Shown one piece after another: positions 53,581 to 64,000 of a DNA stretch of 64,000 nt. A program made the position numbers and the translations under genes. The notes under the pieces were generated by a model. The model had not been told where the DNA came from. It worked only from the letters and a program-made list of their open reading frames with translations, and ran no database searches. Every line of letters begins with the position of its first letter. Position 1 is the stretch's first letter. This stretch comes from Eledone cirrhosa (taxonomy: Eukaryota): the NCBI GenBank assembly GCA_964016885.1, contig OZ024743.1, forward strand, positions 1,054,001 to 1,118,000, given 5' to 3'.

Positions 53581-54241
53581 ACAGCAGCAGCATGACAATA
53601 TCAAAGACAGAATAAAATCCATCCAACAGTTGGAAAACTGATATTTATCTATAATTGATTATCGTTTAATTGAATATCGATGAGGATTTTTATTTCCAAC
53701 TTTTAAATGTACCAACGGTATATATAGTAGTAGTATATCTCTTGATACGAATGGTACAGTTCACAAAGTTGTTAGTTCAACATCCAAGAAACAGTTTACT
53801 TGATCGGTATAAATCATTAAAAACTATATATAAATGACACGAAGAAGTAGAACTAAAAAAAAATCACATACATATTGAGGGGGTCAAAGACATTGGATGG
53901 AATACCTCAGTTTCTCCGACCCCGGACACAAGGTGGTTAAATATGTGCGGTGGAGATCACTCTTCCTCTAGCGCAATGCATTATCCGCGTTTAGCGGTTG
54001 AACCAGCAGTCCAAGAATCGACGAAAATAGAGACCGGCACAAAGAAGAACCAGTCATTCAATGAGAATGAATAAAAAAAATATATTTGAATATATTCTAA
54101 ATATACTTTGGCTGAGTAAAGCGCCTGCTGAATGCTTAATTACTAACAGAAAACTCAGACAAGACTGTATATTCTATACAAGATCTCATCATTTGAATAC
54201 ATACACATATACGTGTGTGTATATAAATATATATATATATG

Positions 54242-54401
<160 letters not shown>

Positions 54402-54402
54402 C

Positions 54403-54556
<154 letters not shown>

Positions 54557-54559
54557 CGA

Positions 54560-54720
54560 CTTGCAAGCACATATTAACCGATATGAGTCAAACACAGTTC
54601 CTTTTATACACAATCAAACTAAAAGTTATCTGCGTTTGGCCAACATACCCGTCGTTGTACAAAATACGTTTAATGACAGATTGCAGATGACGTATTGGAT
54701 AACGTTTGTGTGCAGAAGGT
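54560..54720 (-). pseudogene. Degenerate GIY-YIG fragment (Penelope-like)
   Basis: [19 protein letters not shown]. Confidence 0.4.
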
Positions 54721-54929
54721 TAAAAAGGAATAAGTGTGGTATTATATGAAGAGGAATATGTGTGGTTAGAGGAGACAGCAAGTAAAACATTACTGAAGAA
54801 GGATAGTAGAAGACATAACCGATACTTTGGATACACAAGAAATAGTCGTGTAAGTAAAGCTGTAAATAGATACAGTTGTTATTGTTGCTGATATCATTTA
54901 GCCATGGGTCACTCCTCGTTGAGCAACGT

Positions 54930-55005
<76 letters not shown>

Positions 55006-55170
55006 TTCTTGATTACTCTGTGATAAATAGGCGAAACTCCAGGGTTGTAGGATTCACTATTTAGCCTTAATAGAATGAAAATTAAAACTCTACTTCAGTA
55101 TTGAGTACTCCTTTCTCTCAGCCGTCAACCCCATACGGATATATATATAATATATATATATATTTATATA

Positions 55171-55209
<39 letters not shown>

Positions 55210-55238
55210 GTGGTTACACAACAGTGAGTTCACCATAA

Positions 55239-55276
55239 CGAGAACAATTGTTTCACCTTCGCGGATCTTCAGCTCG
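55239..55276 (-). ncRNA. Minimal type I hammerhead ribozyme
   Basis: CGAG-CUGAAGA-U-CC gcgaa GG-U-GAAAC-AAUU-GUU/CUCG; degenerate relative at ~34572-34622. Confidence 0.75.
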
Positions 55277-56150
55277 GGATGTGTATGGTTATAGGAACAG
55301 GAAGGATAACCGTACGAACGCGCATGCGCAGAAACTCGGTCACTATATACCCACATTGCATCTCCCCATGCATTGAGTACTCCCCTAATTTCATAGTCAA
55401 TTTCGTTGGTACAACTACAATTTTAGCTAAAGGCTAACAGTTAACGTACTCATCTGCCATTCGAAAAAGGCTGGATTATATTTCTTGAAGGCACATCTCT
55501 CCACTTGTAGAGGCCTGTGCATATATATGGGGAGGCGTGCCTGTGTGTATGTCTCTCTCTCTCTCCCTCTTACAAATAAGTTACAATTATTAGTTGTTTA
55601 CATTTCTATTTCTATAATACTTATACATGCACATTTATTAATCTATATAGAGTACCAGTAATGTACTGGGTAATTGCTGGCCTTGTGCCTAAAGTAGAAA
55701 CATTTATTAATCTATATAGATATTTATATACATACAACCTGTTGTAATGTAATAAGATAAAATCTACTTACAACCACAATGCTTCATATAATCAAATTGA
55801 TTATATATACAATATTATAACACATAATATAGCTAAATAAATTTTAAATTCTGGAATCATATTGCACCATTCCCGCAAATTGTTAATTCCTTTTAAATTA
55901 ACGTAAATACAAGCTCTTCTTTCTTTTTTTCTTCTTCCTACTTATACATACATATATCCTAATTATTTAAATTCTGCATAGCGTCTAAAAGTAACGTTTT
56001 TTTCAGCCCTATACTCCAACGCCATTTGCATACTCATCTTAATAATTTGAAATATCTGACTTTTCTTCTCGTTTCCTTCACTATCCAAGACAATTTGAAC
56101 CGTTGAGGTATATTTTCTTGGTTATGTCAAAATTTATGAAACAAACTTTG

Positions 56151-56210
56151 TATTTTATCTGATGAGAGCGTACCAAAGTTTTGGTACCTTGAAATATATA
56201 TAATAGAATA
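56151..56210 (+). ncRNA. Type I hammerhead ribozyme with long stem II
   Basis: UAUUUUAU-CUGAUGA-GAG.c.GUACCAAA gu UUUGGUAC.CUU-GAAAU-AUAU-AUA/AUAGAAUA. Confidence 0.75.
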
Positions 56211-56338
56211 AATATGGTTTTATAAATATAGTTTCCATTTATTTAATATCATTGAAAACAGAAAACTTGTCGAGTGCTCTGAATCAGTTATAAACATTTA
56301 TATTTGTTGAATTACCAACAAATTGAATATCCCTTTTG

Positions 56339-56383
<45 letters not shown>

Positions 56384-56444
56384 TTGATATATATTTATCC
56401 TTATAGACCCCTCTTTGGATTTTAGTCTTCAAATTTATTATTAT

Positions 56445-56489
<45 letters not shown>

Positions 56490-57922
56490 ATCTTGTTTAG
56501 TCCTCTCTAACATAACTATGACTACAACCACCGCCCCATCTGCGCTGACATAAATGTACCACTACCAGTTCCATATGCATACATTCTTTGACACACCTGT
56601 ATTTAATCTTTCTTTCACATATTCTGAAAATGACACTTTCCTTTTAATTATATACTGACACTTCTTTTTTCTCTTTCCAACAAAACTCGCTTCACACATT
56701 TCACGCTTTCACACATTGGCGAGAGAAAACTAAAATAGATATATTGTTAATTTTCCTACGCTTATTTCTATGTCAGTGTCTCTGTCTACCTCCTTAGTCT
56801 TTGTATCTTCCTGTTTAAGACATATCACAGTTAACATACTTTTCTTTTGACCTCTATATAAAACATAAATTTTGTATCTTTTTCAGCATTCAATATATAG
56901 GAAGCGGGGATTGCAAGGAAAGTATTCGTTATGATAGAAATGTGAAAAATCAAAATTCAGAGTAATGCAGGTCTCTACGCAAACTCCAATACTAACGATT
57001 CTCTTGACTATGTTCTAGATATTTCCAAAAAGTATAAATTTGCTGAGCTAAAAAAATAAGGCAACCGTATAATCCAGAACATAGTTAACATGTTATATCT
57101 TCGAGTGAGTTTCATATTTTATCACTCAAACCGTAAAGAGCGTAACTCTATGCTTTGCAGCAGATAGTTACGGCTCTTTACGGTCTGAGTTCAAATCCAG
57201 CCGAGGTTAACTTTGCCTTTCATTCTTATAGGGTCGATAAAATAAAGCACCAGTAACGCACTGGAGTCGATTTAATCGACTCCCCCCCCCCCCCCCCAAA
57301 AAAAAAAAAAATTACTGGCCTTGTGCCTATACTAGAAATCATATTTTATCACTGAATTGTCTTACAAACTTGTTCCATATATAACACGTTACATAGACAA
57401 GGGTAGAATAATATAATCTAATTTCATTTTACAGTATTTTGTATAACCATTGCGCTAGTATTTTCTGCTAAATAGAATGTCATGTAAACCTCTTCTTTGC
57501 CATTCTATACGTAACTTGAACAGATGAACACCTTGAGCCGAGTTTCAATATTGGTTGATATTAGTACCTAGCTACATCTCTCACAATGTTCGGAGAAATA
57601 TATAACGAAAGGCGTTATGTACCCACATGATACACTTGAAGTTGAGAATTAGACATGCTAATTCACAGTAGTGAATAGTTCAATTATATATAAAATTGAG
57701 CACTAAACTGCTGGAGTATATTAGATCACAGGCATCAGGTGATCTAAACCTATTTCATGTATGTTGCAAGATCATGCCTGGCTGTAGCCAAAAAAAAACA
57801 ACAACTATTATTTCTTTCGCTGTAGCATATAAAGAAGGGAATGAAAATCCTTGGAAAGGATAAAAATCATATTTGTGCATGAGTAAAGGATCAATAGATG
57901 TCAATTCTCGAAATATAGATGC

Positions 57923-57953
<31 letters not shown>

Positions 57954-59430
57954 GGGAGGGGTGCGTGTCTGTCTGTCTGTCTGTGTGTGTGTGTGTGAAA
58001 ATGTTTATGTATATTGGAACCTCAAACCATATCTGGGATTGATAGAATATGGAAACGAATATCACTCACATCACAATATGCTCTTTAACCTTAACGATGT
58101 TTTAGATAAATTATTATTTCATACATTATTCATCAATAATCAAACTGCCTGTGGCTTTACTAGAAGTTATGCTCAGTTAAGGCTCGCTAGATACTAAACA
58201 GTAACATAATGTGTTTGTTGATTTTATGCAAACCTAACACAGAAATAACGGTTTCTGATTTAGGCACAAGTCCAACAAATTTGGAGGAGGGGAAAGTAGA
58301 TTAAATCGACCTCAGTGCGCGACTAGTACTTTATTTTATCGACTCCGTATGGATGAAAGGCAAAGCTAACCTTGACGATATCTGAACTCAAGGCCCGTAT
58401 GGTAGAATATTACTACCAGCGAAACACAATAAACGATTCTATTATAGATCAGGAAGTGTTCTGCAATGTTCAGATAATGTCCATACATATGTAAAGATTA
58501 ATTACCGATCAATATAGCCATAAATAAAGATCGTAAAAGTAAAAAGATGTGTCTGAGCATGTCATGGGTTGATTAGCAGAGAATGTTTGACAGAGTTACT
58601 GATTCTCATCAGACAAGAAATATTCCAAGAAGATTATTTCTCTCCAATTCTTGTCTGTTAAAATATTTAGCCAACAATCTTCTGTATATGGACGTTCTCG
58701 TGTTGCATGTTGTAAATGGTAAGTAGAAACACTGTTCAGTGTAGGAATTAACATGTAATTCACTTCAGAAATATGCGTCAAGAAAACTTTGAGGGTAAAA
58801 TGACGAAAAAAAAATAATAACATCATTATCCCGTTAAATAAACAATTTCAGATAAGCGAACAAAGACGCACATGTTAGTCGTGGTTGGATTAGTACAAAT
58901 CGCCTGTGTTTTAAGATTATTTAAGGTGTTTGTTTCTAACGTTTTATGTTATTTGTGTATGTTATGATAGTTTTGATAGATTTGAAAGACTTTTCGATAA
59001 TGAATAACATATATGCTGTGTTAGTTGTGCTATTAAAATGTGTGTGTCACGTGTGTTATACAATTGAGGGCTTCACACATAGGGCTTAGAATGGGAAAGT
59101 TGATTTTGAATTGAGCAGGTGGGGTGTGAGTGCATAGATGTATGAATCCTGAGTTTTATTTTTCATTGAATTAACTGTGTAAGACCTTTTTAGTGCATAT
59201 GTAAGATTTCAGAAATAAAAGGTGCATTATAGAATTGAGTACACATTAAGGCTGTATTAAATGTGACGAATCGACTCCGTCACCTCTAGGACTTATATTG
59301 TTTGCAAATGTTATTCAAATAAAAGTGTCATCTGATCAAAGGTGTTGTGGAAGGCCTCAATGAATGGGGAATGTGAAATATTACATACTTGATTTATACA
59401 TACATATATATATATATATATATATGTGGG

Positions 59431-59489
<59 letters not shown>

Positions 59490-60245
59490 ATTTTACAATA
59501 TACACGTTTTAACAAGTTTGACTGTATTTTTCTCAAACTCCTTTGTGTCTTCAAATGAGCATGTATGCATTCAGAATTAGCTCATAAATGCATATATATC
59601 ACATTAACAAACAACATATCACGTTAGCAAAAGAGGAAATTAAGACAATTTCTGATGCGAATGAAAGACAATTCGAGAAATCACGTAGGCGTTATTGGCA
59701 ACATTTCAATTTAAAAGGAAAAAGAATCTCTAACAACACATGTAAAATAGATTTTGCTGGTAAATATTTTTTTAGGTTGGATTATAATGTTGCCACAGGC
59801 AGTAGAATAGTTAACTAAATGTTAATTAATAGAATCTGGTATATATGTGGTCTCTCTCTCTCTCACTCTCTCTCTCTCTCTCTTGCTTTATATATTTATG
59901 TATTTCTCTGCACATTCATATATTTTAAGTTACAAAGCTAGGTATTTCATTGGCCATTGAAACAATCAGATGAGCCATATGTACGTAAAATGCTCAAATA
60001 GTATACATATAACTCTTAAGGCTGTAAAATAAAAAAAAGGTATGTATTACCTAGTGTAAACGAGAAAACCTTAAACCATACTGTTATAATTTCTTTCCAG
60101 AATGTCTCCTTCAAAATATTATATATAAACACTTTATTTCTTACGCAGATTTTGAATAACCAGCCGGTGGCGTCATTTAAATGCATAAGATTCGAGCTCA
60201 CTCACACACACTATATATATATACACACACAAGCGCGCATACATT

Positions 60246-60338
<93 letters not shown>

Positions 60339-60342
<4 letters not shown>

Positions 60343-60469
60343 AAAGGGATGAAATCGAAAATGCAACTGAAGTCTTATTTTTTTTTTAAATATATATATT
60401 TTTTTAAAATATATATATTTTAAAAAAAAATAAGACTTCAGTTGCATTTTCGATTTCATCCCTTTTTCT
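60339..60469. repeat. 131-bp near-perfect palindrome next to (AT)n
   Basis: agaaaaagggatgaaatcgaaaatgcaactgaagtctta mirrored by taagacttcagttgcattttcgatttcatccctttttct. Confidence 0.93.
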
Positions 60470-60741
60470 TTATACTTCCACTCGTGTAGGACACCTCGGT
60501 TATTTTTCATTTTGTAAAAAAAACCTCACTTTCTAATATATATATTTATATATATATATATACGTATATATATGTGTGTGTGTGTGTGTGAATGTATGTA
60601 TAGTATCTGGCGATATACTGTATGTTTAATTAAAAGCATTTTGAAGACCTTGAGCTATTATTTTAAAGTAGTAACTATGTCACTTACTGGAATTCTATAA
60701 GAATCCCGCCTCTATAATTTTCAGCAAAGGACGGCGAGTGC

Positions 60742-60787
60742 TAAGCTCTGATGAACACCAACAGTGTGAAACAGATCTGTCAGCTTA
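60742..60787 (+). ncRNA. Type I hammerhead ribozyme, canonical core, predicted cleavage after 60781
   Basis: UAAGCU-CUGAUGA-ACAC caaca GUGU-GAAAC-AGAUCU-GUC/AGCUUA. Confidence 0.9.
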
Positions 60788-61155
60788 TCTCCCTTCCCTT
60801 GTTGAAAAAAGAAGTAAGTGACATAGTTGCCACTTTAAAATAATAGCGCAAGGTAACTCTTAACGTTCCGTTTTTTATTTACAATGTTTAAAATTGAATT
60901 TAAATTACGAAAGAGCACATAAAAACAACAAAGAGATGTATGGGAGTATTTATATATACAATAACTTTTTTCGTATTTATTCGGTTAATAGTAATTTATT
61001 TAGAGAATATTTCAAGAACATTGATTTAGCTTTTGTTTTTGAATTGTTCTGTTTTATACTTTTAGATGATATTTATAATTTCGTGTTGTTTGGATTGTAA
61101 TATATTTCTGATTTGAGTTACCTTCATTTTATTTTTTGCGTTATATGCGCTGGCT

Positions 61156-61490
61156 TTAACCCTTTAGCATTTACATTACTCTATATTTGCTATTATATTT
61201 TCATATTAAAGGCTTTATCTCACATAACATTTACATTACTCGGTATATACTATTATATTTTCATGGTAAAGGCTTTATCTCACATAACATTTACACTACT
61301 CTATATTTACTATTATACTTTCATTTTATCTCACATAATGATCTCACATAATATATATGAGATTTTGATCTTATTCATGTTAATAACAATACCTTAACAT
61401 CAGTATGATCGACCGGTTACAGCATTTTTTAACAGAAAAAGGTGAGAGAATTCTGGCCGGTTACAGCCGGTTTAAATGCAAATGGATTAA
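61156..61490. mobile_element. TTAA-flanked MITE (piggyBac-like) with an internal 60-bp tandem repeat (~3 copies)
   Basis: TTAA-CCCTTTAGCATTT ... AAATGCAAATGGA-TTAA imperfect TIRs. Confidence 0.55.
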
Positions 61491-61847
61491 TCTGTTTTGG
61501 GCTTGATATTTGCTTTTAATGATCATTTATTGATCACTTAGCTAGGCCCGTCGTTTCTCTCCATTAGTCTGATCAAATGTTAAGAAAGATAAGGTTTGGA
61601 TTAAATTAATTAAAGATTACAAAGTTTTAGGTTTGTTGAGCGCGATAGTTTTTTTTTTTTTTTTTAGATTAGATTAATCTGGGATTCCATATATATCTTA
61701 AACCCACCTCAATTAATCAACCTCACCCATCTACCTTTATTTATATTCTATCTGATATGTGTCTGATTACATTGTGATAAACAAGTAAAACTACAGAGAA
61801 ACAGGACTCACTATTTACCCTCAATAAAATATCTATATCTATATGCA

Positions 61848-61878
<31 letters not shown>

Positions 61879-61892
61879 GTGTGTGTGCGTGC

Positions 61893-61942
<50 letters not shown>

Positions 61943-62243
61943 ACGCGCATGCACGTGTTTCATTTTCATTTACTTCACCGAGAATGTTTATTCACCATGA
62001 GTATTTAAACGAAAGTATCTTCAGATGAGCATGCAACAGCTTCTACATGGATGTATGAAAGAACGAGAGAGCGAAGTGAAAGACTTCGTTAAGATATACT
62101 CGAGAATGTATCGACCCACATGTGTGTTCTGTATGTCTGCACCTACTTTCTTTGCATGTGAATATGGGTACATGTGCATATAGTTGTAAATGCATTGATA
62201 GGTTATACTTAAATAGCATACGATACGGAAGTAAATAGCAGTG

Positions 62244-62287
<44 letters not shown>

Positions 62288-62619
62288 GGGTGTCGTAAGA
62301 TACTAGGTAGACCATACCAGAGAACTCGATATTTTGAGTAGTAGAGTGAGTAATATTAAAAGATTCACGACCCCGAAGGGTCTAACTGTCGAAACGGCCG
62401 GAGCTCAGCCGTCGGGGTCCTGAAACTTTTGATATATATATTATATATATATATAAATATATATATTGGCTTTTTGCTACAATACTTTCTATACCTTTCA
62501 TTTATATATATATATATATATATACGTGAAGATAGACATTTCTACATGTATGTATGTATGCATGTATGCATATATATATATATATGCATACATGCATATA
62601 TATATATATATATATATGC

Positions 62620-62766
62620 ATTGATACCTGTGCCGCCCAAAATCATCCCAACTTCAGAATCTTTCCCCTCTACAAATTTAAAGATAATGCCACCCACACC
62701 CAGCGCATCAGCAAGGAATCTTACTTCATTAACAAATACGGACCCCGTCTAAACACTTCTCCCTAA
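62620..62766 (+). pseudogene. Penelope-like GIY-YIG C-terminus, 5'-truncated at (AT)n
   Basis: IDTCA..FRIFPLYK..QRISKESYFINKYGPRLN*. Confidence 0.7.
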
Positions 62767-63280
62767 GACGAACCCACAACATACACACGTCAACATACAT
62801 ACCTACATCAGCACACATCTCTACCCACATATAAACACAATGACACACGTAAACACACATGCTCTATGGTGCAATTTAAAAAAAATATGTGCATATATAT
62901 GTATGTATATATGTATATATATATATATATGTAGTGAATATATGTATGTGTATATATATATAGTGAATATCATTTCACACCTTTTATTGTTAAGATTTTT
63001 GATGTTCTATTAAGAGAACCGATTTTACTGAAAAAATCGAATAATGTACACCATTTTACCAGGGGGAAAAAAATACTGGTCCACCCACACACACACACAC
63101 ACACATATATACACAAACACATACACACGCGTACATCAACATACAAAGAGACTTATACACACACACACACACACACACGCACTTCTCCGTATAAGACAAA
63201 AGCTGAAAAATATCTTTTGACATGCTAAAATATCCCCATTGCTTTCAGACACATTCTTACTGACCATCGAATTACTCTGC

Positions 63281-63373
<93 letters not shown>

Positions 63374-63465
63374 ATCTTAATAGCCATTTGACACACATCG
63401 CTGCTGGCCATTGTCGCAGCATCGAACACCTTACTACTACTACTACACACACACACATACACACA

Positions 63466-63540
<75 letters not shown>

Positions 63541-64000
63541 ACACACATATTTGTTGTGAAAGAGTTATTTCTCAATCTTGGCGCAAAACCAATTTTTTAT
63601 CCACATGACCTCTACCGACCAATCAAAATTGTTTTGACCAAGAATTTTTGCTGGAGCCACTTTTTTAACATAAAAACAGTCTTGGCGCAAAATCAACTTT
63701 TTACATTCACATGACCTCTACCGACCAATCAAAATTGTTTTGACCACAAGCATTTTTGCAACACAAAAATAACGCTGGAGCCACTTTTTTAACATAAAAA
63801 CAGGTAGAATTCCCAAAACTAATCAGATCAGAGCAAACAGCACGGACACTCTATCTCAAAATTATTTTTGAAAAGCATTTAGAAATGCGCAACCGGTAAA
63901 AACTTAAAAACTTAAAACCACAACTGAATACTAACCCATACAATCACTAATACTCTTTTATTCCTAATTAAACCATTTTTCAACTGTGAACAATTTGTCA

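Noticed and set aside
59588-59818. Protein-like short plus-strand ORF (also 49377-49715)
   Set aside because: No recognisable domain or convincing splice partners

Overview
AT-rich animal genomic DNA made mostly of microsatellites and transposable elements, with no complete host gene. The repeat landscape suggests a cephalopod such as octopus (inference). Most long ORFs in the track are microsatellite artefacts. Recognisable elements are two Tx1-like LINEs (1-4944 decayed; 44350-47945 lacking RT), an RTE LINE with three C-terminal C2H2 fingers (40325-44340) and short bipartite derivatives, an R4/Dong 3' fragment, hAT/Buster and Tc1 relics, non-autonomous Helitrons, many tRNA-derived SINEs and several Penelope-like (GIY-YIG) fragments. 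The main hidden layer is RNA structure. I read about 8 intact or near-intact minimal type I hammerhead ribozymes plus several degenerate ones. These include a 467-bp tandem array with one hammerhead per unit (retrozyme/circRNA candidate) and a diverged relative that keeps the fold. Other notable signals are a GT-AG mini-intron-like signal at the ORF1/ORF2 junction of both Tx1 copies that would fuse the ORFs in frame, a possible ~100-bp target duplication around the Dong fragment, and recurrent fold-back palindromes beside (AT)n tracts. A few phase-compatible candidate exons of a minus-strand secreted or membrane protein gene are also present. All calls were made by eye, so coordinates of degenerate repeats are approximate.
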